DNA of 64,000 nucleotides from Gammaproteobacteria bacterium (GCA_050298595.1 JBNKUM010000094.1:1-64000), one strand, 5' to 3'. Counted from the stretch's first letter, positions 36,842 to 48,711 are shown. Program-made: numbers and translations. Notes: a model not told the origin generated them from the sequence alone.

Positions 36842-38563
36842 TTATTGCTGAGTAAACTGTTTCATCACTTTTATTATGTACGGATTATCGGGTAACTTTT
36901 CTAGCACACGGGTCCAGACATCCATGGCTTCCTGATGCGCGCCTGTCACCCAAAGTACCTCTCCCAGATGGGCGGCAATTTCGCCATCTTCAAACTGTGC
37001 CAGAGCTTTACGCAACAATCTGATGGCTTCTGCATTGTTTCCGAGGCGGTAGTTTATCCATCCAAAGCTATCGATGACTGCCGGATCTTCGGGCTTGAGT
37101 TCAATCGCGCGTTTTAAATAGTCATAAGCTTCCTGCAGGCGATCGGTTCTGTCAGCCAGGGTGAATCCGAGAGCATTTAATGCATGCGCATTATCCGGTT
37201 CGGTTTTCAGGATGGTGAGCATATCGCTTTCAAGCAGCTCCAGATTGTCGACTTTTTCACCTGTCAGGCCACGTGCATATAACAGGTCTATATTGCCGGG
37301 GATAATGGTTAATGCTTTGTTATATTCCTTAATCGCATCATTAAAGCGATCTGCGCTTTTCAGGATTTCACCTTTTGCCAGATAGATTCGCACCAGAGAT
37401 GATTTTGATTGGCTGGCATCTGCCATTTTGTCCAGGGATCCCATTGCCGTTTCGATTTTGCCCTGCTGGGCTATTAATGTGGCTGAACGGATCTGGGCGT
37501 CAAAATTGTATTCTCCGCCAGAGACTTTAAGGTACCAGCTTACGGCTTTGTCAGGTTGGTTGCGGCTTTCAAAAATACGCCCAAGGTAATATCGAGCTTC
37601 GTTGGTTCTCTTGTTGAGTGAGAGCAAGCGGGTCAGATATTTTTCTGCCGCATCAAAGCGTTGAGCTTCCAGCGATAAAAGTCCCAGTGTGTATAGCAGG
37701 TCGGGATCATTTGGTGCTAGCAGGTGGAGCTTTTCAAATTCTATACGTGCAGTTTCATACTCTTTTACATCGACCAGCAGTCTGGCGTAGGCGAGCCTGA
37801 GCTGTTTGTTATCCGGTTTGCTCAGTACTGCCCGCTTCAGGCTGATTACGGCTTCTTCGCGCTGACCTAACTTGATCAGTATCTTGGCGCGTAAGGCGTG
37901 TGCATCTGGTATGTCCTTGATATGTAAAGCGCTATCTAGATACTCAAGTGCTTCTTCAGAATGATTGGCGTTGGCAGCCAGGTTGGCATGCAGAAAATTG
38001 GCGTAAGCATAGCCGCTGTAATTGTCAGCAATTCTTTTAGATACCTTTAGAACGGTTTCAGTATTATTTTCACGTGCTAATAGATTGAGCAGAGATGCAA
38101 ATAACTGATCATCGATGGTGGGGTGGCTTTCAATGACCTGTTTGATGTAGTGAAAAGCTTTTTCGTCGTCTCCCTGTCGGATATAAATGGCAGCGAGTAC
38201 CTGTTGGGCTTCATTGCGCTCAGGCTGTAACTCGATCCAGCGTTCAGCTGCGCGTTGGGCTGAGTCGATATCCTGACCATAGATCGCAATTCGTACTGCT
38301 CGTTCAGCTATTTTGGGGTCGTCCTGAGACAGAGCCAGAGCCAGATAATTACGGATTGCGGTTTCCGTTTCTCCGCTATTCACAGCTATTTCTGCAATCA
38401 TTAACTGGTAGACAGGATCTTTATCACTAGAAGTTGTGACTTCCAGAGGGACAATCCGGGCGGCCTGGTGTCCGACATAACCGGTTTCTGGCTTGTTCAG
38501 CGTGGCACACCCGGTTAAAACGAAGCTTAATAATAATGGGTAAGCTATTAATCTGTAGTACAT
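36842..38563 (-). CDS. TPR lipoprotein (PA4667/LbcA-like)
   Basis: Lipobox LTGC, many TPRs, NAHALNALGFTLADRT, EIAAHLGEVLW; conserved hemA-lolB position. Confidence 0.85.
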   Translation of the reverse strand: MYYRLIAYPLLLSFVLTGCATLNKPETGYVGHQAARIVPLEVTTSSDKDPVYQLMIAEIAVNSGETETAIRNYLALALSQDDPKIAERAVRIAIYGQDIDSAQRAAERWIELQPERNEAQQVLAAIYIRQGDDEKAFHYIKQVIESHPTIDDQLFASLLNLLARENNTETVLKVSKRIADNYSGYAYANFLHANLAANANHSEEALEYLDSALHIKDIPDAHALRAKILIKLGQREEAVISLKRAVLSKPDNKQLRLAYARLLVDVKEYETARIEFEKLHLLAPNDPDLLYTLGLLSLEAQRFDAAEKYLTRLLSLNKRTNEARYYLGRIFESRNQPDKAVSWYLKVSGGEYNFDAQIRSATLIAQQGKIETAMGSLDKMADASQSKSSLVRIYLAKGEILKSADRFNDAIKEYNKALTIIPGNIDLLYARGLTGEKVDNLELLESDMLTILKTEPDNAHALNALGFTLADRTDRLQEAYDYLKRAIELKPEDPAVIDSFGWINYRLGNNAEAIRLLRKALAQFEDGEIAAHLGEVLWVTGAHQEAMDVWTRVLEKLPDNPYIIKVMKQFTQQ

Positions 38564-38799
38564 GTAACGATAACCCTTTGGTTTATGGTCAATATCTGTG
38601 AAGTTTCAGTCGACCCGCTTGAAATTACGGGCTCGAGTTTAGCACTCAGCGTCAGGTGCGAGAAGAATATTCTTCTGATCGTACAATTCAGCGATTGTTC
38701 AATAAAAGACCTGATTACGCCCTTATTAGTGTAGCTTAAACTTGCTATTCGGGATTTTATCCCCGAAAATTGCGCGTTCGATCAATTCTGTTGTAACGC

Positions 38800-40050
38800 A
38801 TGCCTTTACTCGCCCTGGGAATCAACCATCAAACTGCACCGGTAGCAATCCGTGAAAACATTACTTTTGCTCCAGAACAGATGGATCAGGCTTTGCAGCA
38901 GGCTACAGCTTTAAAGGGTGTTAACGAAGCAGTCATTGTCTCTACCTGCAATCGTACCGAATTGTATTGCGAAGTGGCTGATCAGTATGAGGATTCAATT
39001 ACTTGCTGGTTATCTGAATTTCATCAGTTGGAGAATGGTGAGTTAAAGCCTTATCTCTACCACTACAGGGATCAGGATGCTGCACGGCATTTATTCAGGG
39101 TTGCCAGTGGGCTGGATTCGCTGGTTTTGGGTGAGCCACAGATTCTGGGGCAATTAAAAACAGCATTCGAAAAAGCGAAAAGCAATCAGTCGGTGAAAAC
39201 TGTGCTGGGAAGGTTGTTTCAGCATGGGTTTACCGTAGCCAAAAAAGTAAGAACCGATACTGCAATAGGTTCCAATCCAGTATCTGTTGCATTTGCCGCA
39301 GTATCGCTGTCGAAACAGATATTTGGTGATCTATCCAGCTTGAATGCACTGATGATTGGTGCGGGTGAAACTATAGAGCTTGCTGCGCGTCACCTGAAAG
39401 GGCAGGGGATTGGGTCAATTACAATTTCCAATCGTACTCTGGAAAGAGCGCAGAATCTGGCAGATGAACTGGGTGCTACAGCGATTACCATTGGCGAAAT
39501 ACCCGAGCAGCTGGTGAAATCAGATATCGTCATTTCTTCAACCGCCAGTCAGCTGCCTATTCTTGGTAAGGGGGCTACCGAGACCGCGTTGAAGGCTCGT
39601 AAGCATCGGCCTATATTTATGGTTGATCTGGCGGTGCCTCGAGATATTGAGTCGCAGGTTGGGGAGCTGGACGATGTCTTCCTGTACACTGTCGATGACC
39701 TGAAAGAAGTTATAGATGAGAATCGCCGCAGCCGCGAAGAGGCGGCAAATGAAGCGATGGATATCATCCAGGTAGAGGTACAGCATTTTAGTCACTGGAT
39801 TAAAACTCATCAGTCGGCTGATGAAATTCGCTTATTGCGTAATCAGTCTGATCGCATCAGGCAGGAATGCCTGAAAAAAGCGCAGCAGATGCTGGAACAC
39901 AAAGAAGATCCAGTCAAAGTACTGGAAACCCTGGCATCAAACCTGACCAATAAACTGATGCATGGTCCAACCGTGCAAATGCGTAAAGCATTAAAAGAAG
40001 ACAACGCAGAACTGATCCAGTTGCTGCATTCACTAGTTAAAGACAGCTAG
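38800..40050 (+). CDS. hemA: Glutamyl-tRNA reductase
   Basis: [37 protein letters not shown]. Confidence 0.97.
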   Translation: MPLLALGINHQTAPVAIRENITFAPEQMDQALQQATALKGVNEAVIVSTCNRTELYCEVADQYEDSITCWLSEFHQLENGELKPYLYHYRDQDAARHLFRVASGLDSLVLGEPQILGQLKTAFEKAKSNQSVKTVLGRLFQHGFTVAKKVRTDTAIGSNPVSVAFAAVSLSKQIFGDLSSLNALMIGAGETIELAARHLKGQGIGSITISNRTLERAQNLADELGATAITIGEIPEQLVKSDIVISSTASQLPILGKGATETALKARKHRPIFMVDLAVPRDIESQVGELDDVFLYTVDDLKEVIDENRRSREEAANEAMDIIQVEVQHFSHWIKTHQSADEIRLLRNQSDRIRQECLKKAQQMLEHKEDPVKVLETLASNLTNKLMHGPTVQMRKALKEDNAELIQLLHSLVKDS

Positions 40051-40084
40051 CTGCTGTCATCATTCGATATTTTCGAGGCAATCG

Positions 40085-41173
40085 ATGAAACCATCCATTC
40101 TGGGTAAATTAGAGCTATTAAGCGCACGACATGAAGAAATTGCGGGTCTGCTCTCTGAGCCTGAAGTGATTAATGATCAAAACAGGTTTCGTAACCTGTC
40201 AATGGAATATTCCCAGTTGGAAGATGTGGTGAAGGCCTTTGATCAATATCAGGAAGTGCAGCAGGATCTTCAGGGCGCACAGGAAATGCTTAAGGAAGAC
40301 GATGCCGAAATGCGCGAAATGGCGCAGGAAGAAATCAACGATGCCGAAGATCGCATGCAGGCACTGGAGCTGGAATTACAGAAGCTGCTACTGCCCAAAG
40401 ACCCTAACGATAACAGCAACGTGTTTCTCGAAATCCGTGCGGGAACCGGTGGTGATGAAGCAGCTATCTTTGCTGGGGATTTATTTCGCATGTATAGTCG
40501 TTTTGCTGAAACCAAACGCTGGCAGATTGAAGTACTCAACAGTAACGAAGGTGAGCATGGTGGCTATAAAGAGGTTATTGCCAGGATTATCGGGCAAGGC
40601 GCTTACTCCTATCTGAAATTTGAATCGGGTGCGCATCGTGTGCAACGTGTACCGGAAACAGAATCGCAGGGGCGGGTGCATACCTCCGCAGCTACGGTTG
40701 CTGTTATTCCTGAAGCCGAAGATGTGGAAAAGATTGAAATTAACCCTGCTGATCTACGCGTGGATACCTTTCGCGCATCTGGCGCGGGTGGGCAGCACGT
40801 TAATAAAACCGATTCAGCCATACGCTTAACTCATATACCCACCGGCACAGTGGTTGAATGCCAGGATGAGCGCTCACAACACAAAAATAAGGCGCGTGCG
40901 ATGTCATTATTACAGGCCCGAATCTATGATGCTGAAAAACAGAAGCAGGAAAAAGAGCAGGCCGCAGAACGTAAGTCGCTGGTGGGCAGTGGAGATCGTT
41001 CAGAGCGAATTAGGACCTATAACTTTCCGCAGGGCCGTATGACCGATCACCGTATCAACCTGACTCTGTACAAGCTGGATGACATTATGAATGGCGGGCT
41101 AGGCCAGGTGGTCGATCCGCTCATGAATGAGTATCAGGCTGAGCAGTTAGCCAATCTGTCGGAAGATAACTAA
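40085..41173 (+). CDS. prfA: Peptide chain release factor 1
   Basis: VQRVPETE (PxT motif), [17 protein letters not shown]. Confidence 0.97.
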   Translation: MKPSILGKLELLSARHEEIAGLLSEPEVINDQNRFRNLSMEYSQLEDVVKAFDQYQEVQQDLQGAQEMLKEDDAEMREMAQEEINDAEDRMQALELELQKLLLPKDPNDNSNVFLEIRAGTGGDEAAIFAGDLFRMYSRFAETKRWQIEVLNSNEGEHGGYKEVIARIIGQGAYSYLKFESGAHRVQRVPETESQGRVHTSAATVAVIPEAEDVEKIEINPADLRVDTFRASGAGGQHVNKTDSAIRLTHIPTGTVVECQDERSQHKNKARAMSLLQARIYDAEKQKQEKEQAAERKSLVGSGDRSERIRTYNFPQGRMTDHRINLTLYKLDDIMNGGLGQVVDPLMNEYQAEQLANLSEDN

Positions 41174-41186
41174 ATTTTTGTTTGCC

Positions 41187-42047
41187 ATGGGTAATAGTAT
41201 TCGGCAGCAATTGCAATGGGCTACTGGCGTACTTGAATCGATTACCTGTAGCGCCCGCCTGGACAGTGAAATTTTGCTGGCATTCTGTCTGCAGAAAGAG
41301 CGCAGCTATTTGATGACCTGGCCGGAGTTGGAATTGACTCAGCAGCAACTGGAGTGCTTTCAGGGTCTAATTCGCAAACGCCTGCAGCCACAGCCAATTG
41401 CCTACCTCACTGGTGAGAAAGAGTTTTATTCGTTAACCCTGAAAACCACTGCTGCAACGCTGGTGCCCAGACCCGAGACCGAGATGCTGGTGGATAAGGT
41501 GCTGGAATTGACTGGCAATATAGCAGAGCCCGAGATTCTGGAGCTGGGTACTGGCACGGGTGCCATAGCCTTGTCAATAAAACAACATTCACCAAAAAGT
41601 AAAATACTGGCAACCGATGTCAGCCAGGCTGCTCTGGATGTGGCGCAGGTAAATGCCGCACAGCACCATCTGGATGTAGAGTTCATCCTGTCTGACTGGT
41701 TTCAAGGGGTCAATCAGCAAAGGCGCTTCGATGTTATCGTATCCAACCCACCCTATATCGCCAATCACGACCCCTATTTAAGCCAGGGGGATCTGCCTGC
41801 AGAACCCCAGTTGGCACTGACCAGTGGTGACGATGGCTTGCAGGCTCTGACCCGGATAATCACATCAGCCGATTTATTTCTCAAACCCGGAGGCTGGCTG
41901 GTTCTTGAACATGGCTATGACCAGCAACAATCAGTAAATAATTTGTTTCAAAATCAAGGATATGCGCAAGTGGAAACATTGGTGGATTTTAATCAGCTGC
42001 CACGTATGAGCGTAGCGCAAAGGCCGGTAGTATTATTAACTAGTTGA
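41187..42047 (+). CDS. prmC: Release factor glutamine methyltransferase
   Basis: LVPRPETE, ELGTGTGAIA, VSNPPYI. Confidence 0.95.
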   Translation: MGNSIRQQLQWATGVLESITCSARLDSEILLAFCLQKERSYLMTWPELELTQQQLECFQGLIRKRLQPQPIAYLTGEKEFYSLTLKTTAATLVPRPETEMLVDKVLELTGNIAEPEILELGTGTGAIALSIKQHSPKSKILATDVSQAALDVAQVNAAQHHLDVEFILSDWFQGVNQQRRFDVIVSNPPYIANHDPYLSQGDLPAEPQLALTSGDDGLQALTRIITSADLFLKPGGWLVLEHGYDQQQSVNNLFQNQGYAQVETLVDFNQLPRMSVAQRPVVLLTS

Positions 42048-42078
42048 TATTTTAAAAATCACGGCGTAGGCTTAGCCT

Positions 42079-42483
42079 ATGAGTGATGAAAGTCTAATAA
42101 GAAAAAGAATTGTTTGTCTAGCCGATAACGGTACTCAGAATCAGGCAGAAGAAGCCTGTGCGGCACTGATTGGTATACGTGGTGTACAGCAGGCATACCC
42201 CCTCAGTAAGAACCGCATCTCTTTAATTTTCTCTCTGGAGTATCTATCCTTTGAATTGATTGAGTCACTTCTAAAGGAGCTGGGGTATACTCTCGATCAT
42301 AATATTTTCATAGTCATCCGACGCCATATCTACCAGTATCTGGAGGATAACGCGCGTGAAAAAATGGAGTTAAAACGGCAGGAAGAGCATCAGCAACAGC
42401 GTGAACAACAGGTGCTTATGTGCAACATAGATACCGATATGCCGCATGATGAGCCTGAAAAGTACTGGAATAAATATCGTTAG
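42079..42483 (+). CDS. Hypothetical protein, possibly HMA-like fold
   Basis: 134-aa ORF; L.GI.GV..A...ISL.FSL..LSFELIE..L.ELGY pattern. Confidence 0.6.
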   Translation: MSDESLIRKRIVCLADNGTQNQAEEACAALIGIRGVQQAYPLSKNRISLIFSLEYLSFELIESLLKELGYTLDHNIFIVIRRHIYQYLEDNAREKMELKRQEEHQQQREQQVLMCNIDTDMPHDEPEKYWNKYR

Positions 42484-42496
42484 GGCTAACAGGCTC

Positions 42497-42868
42497 CTAG
42501 ATATTCAGCTTATTTTCCTTGCGCGTATAGCCAGCTTGCTTCAAGCGTTCCAGATAGGTTTCCCACTTTTTATCGTAATTCGCGCCTAACTGATAAAGAT
42601 ATTCCCAGCTATAGATTCCGGTATCATGGTTATCATCAAACATCAGGTTGATCGCATAATGGCCAACGGGCTCAAGCTGGGCGATATTCACATCTTCCTT
42701 TCCTAGCTGAAGCACTTCCTGGCCTGGCCCATGCCCCTGTACCTCGGCTGAAGGAGAGTAAACGCGCAGATATTCGGCTGGCAGACTGAATTTTGCGCCA
42801 TCGTTGAATGCGATTTCCAGGGTTCGGGAAACCTTGTGGAAGTTGATTTCAGTGGGTTTGATAGTCAT
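42497..42868 (-). CDS. DUF971 / GBBH-like N-terminal domain protein
   Basis: LPAEYLRVYSPSAEVQGHG, PVGHYA..FDDNHDTGIYSWEYL. Confidence 0.88.
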   Translation of the reverse strand: MTIKPTEINFHKVSRTLEIAFNDGAKFSLPAEYLRVYSPSAEVQGHGPGQEVLQLGKEDVNIAQLEPVGHYAINLMFDDNHDTGIYSWEYLYQLGANYDKKWETYLERLKQAGYTRKENKLNI

Positions 42869-42893
42869 GTCGACATCCTAAGGTAGTGTGCTG

Positions 42894-44240
42894 TTAGAGA
42901 ATATACTGGCTGAGATCTTCGTCTTTCAACAGTTCGCCCAGATGTTCGTTGACATAGTCGGCGTCAATGCTGATGCTCTGACCGGTCATATCCGAAGCTT
43001 CGAAACTGACCTGCTCCAGTAGTCGCTCCATGACGGTATACAGACGGCGTGCCCCGATATTCTCCTGCCTTTCATTCACCTCGAAGGCGACTGAAGCCAA
43101 CCGTTGCAGGCCATCATCGGTAAACTCAAGATTGACTTCTTCGGTTGCCATCAGGGCTGAGTACTGTTCGGTTAATGAGGCATCAGGCTCGCGCAGGATA
43201 CGTACAAAATCTTCTACTGACAGGGCGGATAGTTCGACACGTATCGGCAGACGGCCCTGTAATTCAGGGATAAGATCACTGGGCTTGGAAAGATGAAATG
43301 CCCCCGATGCGATGAACAGGATATGATCGGTTTTGATCATGCCAGACTTGGTTGATACGGTGCAGCCTTCTACCAGAGGTAACAGGTCGCGCTGTACACC
43401 CTCGCGCGAGACATCTGAGCCACTGGTTTCCCCGCGTTTGGCGACCTTGTCGAGTTCGTCGATAAATACGATGCCATTTTGTTCGGCATTTTCCAGTGCG
43501 GCTATTTTTAGTTCATCATGATTAATCAACTTGGCAGCTTCTTCATCGGTGAGGAGTTTAAGCGCATCCTTAACCGGCACCTTGCGGGTTTTGGTTTTAC
43601 CTGATCCCATGTTCTGAAACAGACCCTGCAGCTGACTGGTCATTTCTTCCATGCCGGGAGGTGCCATGATTTCTACACCCACGCTAGGTGCCTGTATATC
43701 AACCTCTATCTCGCGCTCATCCAGTTTGCCTTCGCGCAGCATTTTGCGAAATTTCTGACGTGTATTGCTGGCAGAATCTTCGGCTTCGCTTTGAAAATCA
43801 CTGGGGCGAGGGAGTAGCACATCCAGAATTCTTTCCTCAGCGGCATCTTCGGCTCGATGTCTGACGCGTTCAAGTTCGGTTTCACGCATCATCTTGACCG
43901 AGACATCAACCAGGTCGCGTACGATAGACTCAACATCTCGACCCACATAACCAACTTCCGTGAATTTTGTCGCTTCTACCTTGATGAAGGGGGCGTTCGC
44001 CAGACGTGCAAGACGTCGTGCGATTTCAGTTTTACCCACACCGGTAGGGCCAATCATGAGGATATTCTTCGGTGTAATCTCATTACGTAATTCTTCGCTC
44101 ACCTGTAAACGGCGCCAGCGATTACGCAAAGCAATGGCAACGGCACGTTTGGCGTCGTCCTGTCCAATGATATGTTTATCCAGTTCCTGTGTGATTTCAC
44201 GCGGGGTCATGGGGGCAGTAGTAATCAATTGGTTTTCCAC
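42894..44240 (-). CDS. hslU: ATP-dependent protease ATPase subunit HslU
   Basis: [38 protein letters not shown]. Confidence 0.97.
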   Translation of the reverse strand: MENQLITTAPMTPREITQELDKHIIGQDDAKRAVAIALRNRWRRLQVSEELRNEITPKNILMIGPTGVGKTEIARRLARLANAPFIKVEATKFTEVGYVGRDVESIVRDLVDVSVKMMRETELERVRHRAEDAAEERILDVLLPRPSDFQSEAEDSASNTRQKFRKMLREGKLDEREIEVDIQAPSVGVEIMAPPGMEEMTSQLQGLFQNMGSGKTKTRKVPVKDALKLLTDEEAAKLINHDELKIAALENAEQNGIVFIDELDKVAKRGETSGSDVSREGVQRDLLPLVEGCTVSTKSGMIKTDHILFIASGAFHLSKPSDLIPELQGRLPIRVELSALSVEDFVRILREPDASLTEQYSALMATEEVNLEFTDDGLQRLASVAFEVNERQENIGARRLYTVMERLLEQVSFEASDMTGQSISIDADYVNEHLGELLKDEDLSQYIL

Positions 44241-44242
44241 GT

Positions 44243-44782
44243 TTAAAAGTCTAGCTGTTCAATGGTGCGGTTATGGTTGGTATAGATGCAGATATCAGCG
44301 GCAATCTTGAGCCCGCGCTCGACAACGTCTTTGGCGGGTAAGTCGGTATTATCCAACATGGCCATAGCGGCGGCCTGAGCAAACGGGCCACCCGAACCTA
44401 TCGCCATCAGGTCATTTTCAGGTTCAATGACATCGCCATTACCCGATATGATGAGTGAGGCTTCAGCATCGGCGACGCATAACAGGGCTTCCAGTTTGCG
44501 TAGTACACGATCAGAACGCCAGTCTTTGGCCAGTTCTACTGCAGCGCGTACCAGTTGTCCGCTGTGTTTTTCCAGTTTGCCTTCGAATAATTCGAACAGG
44601 GTAAAGGCATCTGCGGTACCACCAGCGAATCCTGCGATGACCTTGTTTTTGTAAAGGCGGCGCACCTTACGTGCATTGCCTTTCATGACGGTGTTACCGA
44701 ATGTGACCTGCCCATCTCCACCGATGACGACCGAGTTGCCTCGACGTACCGAAAGAATGGTTGTTCCTCTAAATTGTTCCAA
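44243..44782 (-). CDS. hslV: Protease subunit HslV
   Basis: [27 protein letters not shown]. Confidence 0.97.
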   Translation of the reverse strand: MEQFRGTTILSVRRGNSVVIGGDGQVTFGNTVMKGNARKVRRLYKNKVIAGFAGGTADAFTLFELFEGKLEKHSGQLVRAAVELAKDWRSDRVLRKLEALLCVADAEASLIISGNGDVIEPENDLMAIGSGGPFAQAAAMAMLDNTDLPAKDVVERGLKIAADICIYTNHNRTIEQLDF

Positions 44783-44831
44783 GACTATACCTGCAAATAT
44801 TTAAGTGGCGATATGTTACATGAATTCAGCG

Positions 44832-44859
44832 ATATTGGGGCTTAAAGCAGGATTTCAAG
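44832..44859 (-). promoter_or_regulatory. Sigma-32 (heat-shock) promoter for hslVU
   Basis: Minus strand CTTGAA-13 bp-CCCCAATAT, close to the RpoH consensus CTTGAA-N13/14-CCCCATnT. Confidence 0.7.
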
Positions 44860-45769
44860 AACTGCCGCTTCTTTTTTTGGCGCGTGGATGCGCCCTGTCA
44901 TAGACCTGAGCAAGGTGTTGAAAGTCCAGATGCGTATAGATCTGGGTAGTGCTTATATCGGCATGCCCCAGTAATTCCTGTACTGCGCGTAAATCTGCGC
45001 TGGATTCTAACAGGTGAGTGGCGAATGAATGGCGCAACATATGTGGTGATAAATGCATGCCCAGAGATTGTTTTATGGTGAGCTGGTTAAGGCGTTGCTG
45101 TATGGAGCGGTGCGACAGACGCTGCCCACGACTACTGATAAATAATGCGGGTTCATCGGCTTGCTGTTTTAGCAACAGAGCGCGATTCTTGAGCCATTTT
45201 TGCAGTGCATGTACGGCTTTTTTTCCTATCGGTAAATAGCGAGTTTTATTGCCTTTACCCGTGACAATCATCTGGCGTTGCGTAAGGTCGATATCCTGTA
45301 GATTGAGCGAGGCTAGTTCAGCCAGGCGCAAACCTGAAGAGTAAATCAGTTCAAATATGGCCAGGTCGCGAGTGGTGAGCGTACTGTCCTCAGGGACGGC
45401 TTTAAGCAACTGGTCGAGTTGTTCACTATCGCAGGTTTTAGGCAGTTTTTTCTGAGTTTTCGGGGCTTTCACATCCAGTGCAGGATTGTTGCTGACCAGC
45501 TTTTGACGAATCAGGTATTTATAAAAACTCCGAATCGAAGATAGTTCGCGCTGTATGGTATTGCCTTTTTTGCCACTACGAAAGCGCCAGGCAGCAAAAC
45601 TGGAAACTAGTGGGTAATCCACATCCTGCCATTGATGGATATGTTTTGACTCAATGAAGTCCTGAAACAGGTTGAGGTCGCGTTGGTAGTTCAGACAGGT
45701 ATGAGGCGAATAGTATTTCTCGCTTTTGAGCATTTGCAGGAAATTCTGTAAATGCGTGGTAAAAGTCAT
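44855..45769 (-). CDS. xerC: Tyrosine recombinase XerC
   Basis: YSSGLRLAEL, GKGNK.R, PHMLRHSFATHLLESS.DLRAVQELLGH...TTQIYTHLDFQHL; dapF-yigA-xerC synteny. Confidence 0.95.
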   Translation of the reverse strand: MTFTTHLQNFLQMLKSEKYYSPHTCLNYQRDLNLFQDFIESKHIHQWQDVDYPLVSSFAAWRFRSGKKGNTIQRELSSIRSFYKYLIRQKLVSNNPALDVKAPKTQKKLPKTCDSEQLDQLLKAVPEDSTLTTRDLAIFELIYSSGLRLAELASLNLQDIDLTQRQMIVTGKGNKTRYLPIGKKAVHALQKWLKNRALLLKQQADEPALFISSRGQRLSHRSIQQRLNQLTIKQSLGMHLSPHMLRHSFATHLLESSADLRAVQELLGHADISTTQIYTHLDFQHLAQVYDRAHPRAKKRSGSS

Positions 45770-45781
45770 ATCAGTAGCGTT

Positions 45782-46483
45782 CTAATTGAGAAGGTGCTTC
45801 AATTTACTACTCACCAGGTCGCCCAACTGGGTCAGGAAAATAGTACCCATGTCACTGCTAAAGCGATCTTGCGTCTTACTGCCAAGCGCGAGCAGGCCGA
45901 TTTCATCGGTATGGTAGAGAGGAATAAGCACGCTGGAGGTGAGCTGAATGTCCTCTCCAAATATCAGGGTGCGCAGCTCCTGATCGAGCGGAGTGAATTC
46001 AGGTTTACGCGCTTTCATCCATTGCTGGATTTGTGCAGCCTGTTTATGTTCAGGATCAAGTACATGGTTTTCCAGGCCTTTTAGCTGGCCCCTCAGGGTG
46101 TCTGAGAAAAAGAAACTCACATAGTCGGTATAGAAGAAGGTCTGTATCTGGTCGCGAATCATAGCGATGATGTCATGCAGATTATGGCCGCTCATCAGTT
46201 CCAGCGACAGACGGTGGAAGCGATGACTCAGTTCTTCGTTTTCACGCGCTATATGTACCAGTTCAGCGAGTTTATTCCTTAAACCTTTATTTTCATCACG
46301 TAATACCTTGAGCTGACGTTCGACTAGTGATATTGCTGCGCCACTCTGGTGAGTAAAGGTCAGCGCGCTCAGTACTTCGGGATGTCGTTCAAGTAATCCG
46401 GGATTGTTTTTCAGATAATCGATAACTGCGCCTTCCTGAATGGGGTCAGAAGTTAGGGATTCTGCTGAGGTGGGTTTGGTCAT
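45782..46483 (-). CDS. DUF484 (YigA-like) protein
   Basis: AISLVERQL..LR, GLLALGS...RF..DMGT.FL; synteny. Confidence 0.88.
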   Translation of the reverse strand: MTKPTSAESLTSDPIQEGAVIDYLKNNPGLLERHPEVLSALTFTHQSGAAISLVERQLKVLRDENKGLRNKLAELVHIARENEELSHRFHRLSLELMSGHNLHDIIAMIRDQIQTFFYTDYVSFFFSDTLRGQLKGLENHVLDPEHKQAAQIQQWMKARKPEFTPLDQELRTLIFGEDIQLTSSVLIPLYHTDEIGLLALGSKTQDRFSSDMGTIFLTQLGDLVSSKLKHLLN

Positions 46484-47310
46484 ACCGTAATTTCTCCTTG
46501 ATATACCATGGCGGTGCTGCCGGTCATCATAACGGGCTTGCCCTCACCTTGCCAGTCGAGTATTAAGTCGCCGCCGCGTAGAGTGGCAGTTGCATGGGTA
46601 TCGAGTAACCCCAGCATATGTCCTGCCGCCATCGCCGCGCAGGCACCGCTGCCACAGGCCATAGTCTCGCCTGAGCCACGCTCATACACGCGTAGTTTGA
46701 AATGATTGCGGTCAATGATCTGCATAAAACCAACATTCACGCGCTCAGGAAAGTCTGCATGCGATTCCACGGCAGGTCCAATCGTTTCCACGGCGGCAGT
46801 ATCCACATCATCGACCAGCATCACTGCATGCGGATTGCCAATGGACAGGGCGCTCATATGAAGGATCAGTTCATCCAGTTTAACCTGGTAATAGGCTGAA
46901 CGCTTGTCCCTGTTTAAAGGTATTTTTTGGGGTTCAAAATTCGGTATGCCCATATTTACCTGCACCCTTTCATTATCTATAACCTCAAGTACTAACAGGC
47001 CATTATTGGTTTCAACTGGAATAGTGCTTGCATCGGTAAGGCCTTTTTCGCGTACGAAGCGGGCAAAACAGCGCGCGCCGTTGCCACATTGTGCAACCTC
47101 ATCACCATCTGCGTTGAAAATACGATATTTGAACATGGCTGTGTCAGATTCCGGCCGTTCAACCAGTAACAGTTGGTCAAAGCCAATACCAAAGTGGCGG
47201 TTAGCCCAGCCTGCGATCATTTCAGCCGTGAGTGAGACAGACTGATTGATGCCATCAATCACCATGAAATCGTTACCAAGGCCGTGCATTTTGCTGAACT
47301 GGATAGTCAT
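46480..47310 (-). CDS. dapF: Diaminopimelate epimerase
   Basis: KMHGLGNDF, QCGNGARC, GNPHAV, ERGSGETMACGSGAC. Confidence 0.97.
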   Translation of the reverse strand: MTIQFSKMHGLGNDFMVIDGINQSVSLTAEMIAGWANRHFGIGFDQLLLVERPESDTAMFKYRIFNADGDEVAQCGNGARCFARFVREKGLTDASTIPVETNNGLLVLEVIDNERVQVNMGIPNFEPQKIPLNRDKRSAYYQVKLDELILHMSALSIGNPHAVMLVDDVDTAAVETIGPAVESHADFPERVNVGFMQIIDRNHFKLRVYERGSGETMACGSGACAAMAAGHMLGLLDTHATATLRGGDLILDWQGEGKPVMMTGSTAMVYQGEITV

Positions 47311-47312
47311 CG

Positions 47313-48563
47313 TTATTCAGGCAGTAATGCTTCGCCACGAATCAGATCGGCGAAAGTTTCACGCGCACGTACCAGATGATGGCTGCTGCCATCCACCATC
47401 ACTTCGGCGGCTCGCATGCGCGAGTTATAATTAGAGCTCATACTAAAGCCGTAGGCTCCTGATGAACGAACTGCCAGCAGATCGCCTTGCTGAATTGATA
47501 GCTCGCGATTCTTGCCCAGAAAGTCACCAGTTTCGCAGATTGGACCAACCACGTCATAGATGGCAGCCTGCGCACTGGATTGCTGCTTCACAGGGATAAT
47601 GTTTTGCCAGGCGCTATACAGGGAGGGGCGAATCAGGTCATTCATAGCGGCATCAACCACGGCAAAGTTCTTTTGCTCGTTATTTTTCACTACTTTTACC
47701 CGGGTTAGCAGGATACCGGCGTTAGCAGCTATTGCGCGACCGGGTTCAATGATGATCTCACCATCAAAACTACTTAATCGCGTACTCAGCGCACTTGCCC
47801 AGTCTGCGGGTAAGGGAGGGGTCTCGTCTTTATAACGCACACCCAGGCCACCACCCAGATCCAGATGTTTGATCTGGATGCCTTGAGCAGCGAGTCTTTT
47901 AATCAAATCAAGTAGACGATCCAATGCATCGACAAAGGGTGAGAGCTCGGTTAGCTGTGAACCGATATGGCAATCGATGCCGACGACTTCGAGATGCGGC
48001 TGCTGTTGTGCGTGCAGGTAAATTCGTTCCGCATCATCAATATTGATGCCGAATTTATTCTCTTTCAGACCTGTAGAAATATAAGGATGCGTCTTTGCAT
48101 CAACATCGGGGTTGACGCGAAAAGAGATGTGTGCGGTTTTGCCGAGTCCTCCAGCAACCTGATTAAGGGTCTGTATCTCAGTTTCCGATTCAATATTGAA
48201 ACAGCGTATTCCAGCCTCCAGTGCGAGAACCATTTCCTGCGCTTGCTTGCCTACGCCTGAGAATATGATTTTTGCAGGATCTCCTCCGGCTTTAAGTACA
48301 CGCTGTAGTTCACCGCCAGAAACGATGTCAAATCCACTTCCAAGGCGTGCGAGCACATTCAATACCGCAAGATTGGAGTTGGCCTTCACGGCATAGCAAA
48401 CCAGGTGCGGATGATCCGCCAGAGCCTGCTCAAACGCGTGATAATGCCTTTCTATGGTCGCTCGTGAATACACGTATAACGGTGTTCCATAGTGACTGGC
48501 TAGTTCGCTAAGGCTGACCTGCTCACAGTTCAGCTCGCCATTTTGATATTCAAAGTAATCCAA
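47313..48563 (-). CDS. lysA: Diaminopimelate decarboxylase
   Basis: YAVKANSN, HIGSQL, LGGGLG, EPGR, GPICETGD. Confidence 0.97.
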   Translation of the reverse strand: MDYFEYQNGELNCEQVSLSELASHYGTPLYVYSRATIERHYHAFEQALADHPHLVCYAVKANSNLAVLNVLARLGSGFDIVSGGELQRVLKAGGDPAKIIFSGVGKQAQEMVLALEAGIRCFNIESETEIQTLNQVAGGLGKTAHISFRVNPDVDAKTHPYISTGLKENKFGINIDDAERIYLHAQQQPHLEVVGIDCHIGSQLTELSPFVDALDRLLDLIKRLAAQGIQIKHLDLGGGLGVRYKDETPPLPADWASALSTRLSSFDGEIIIEPGRAIAANAGILLTRVKVVKNNEQKNFAVVDAAMNDLIRPSLYSAWQNIIPVKQQSSAQAAIYDVVGPICETGDFLGKNRELSIQQGDLLAVRSSGAYGFSMSSNYNSRMRAAEVMVDGSSHHLVRARETFADLIRGEALLPE

Positions 48564-48567
48564 GGTG

Positions 48568-48711
48568 TTATTCCTGATAAGGCTTGTTTTGCTCGGGCAG
48601 GGTCAAAGCGCCCTTTTTGCCGCAACCAGACAATGACATCATCAGCGTTAATACGATGATGATCAATAGCGCTGCTAAGGGTCGGTTTGGCGGGTTCAAT
48701 TGAGAAAACAT
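48568..48711 (-). CDS. lptM: Small lipoprotein LptM/YifL (LppL) family
   Basis: LSGCGKKGALTLP lipobox motif directly upstream of lysA. Confidence 0.8.
   Translation of the reverse strand: MFSQLNPPNRPLAALLIIIVLTLMMSLSGCGKKGALTLPEQNKPYQE

Noticed and set aside
36842-38563. Large TPR lipoprotein as part of the island's TPR set
   Set aside because: Core gene conserved between hemA and lolB, exported, with core-like composition.
44855-45769. Tyrosine recombinase as the island integrase
   Set aside because: It is chromosomal XerC in the conserved dapF-yigA-xerC context, 13 kb from the island.
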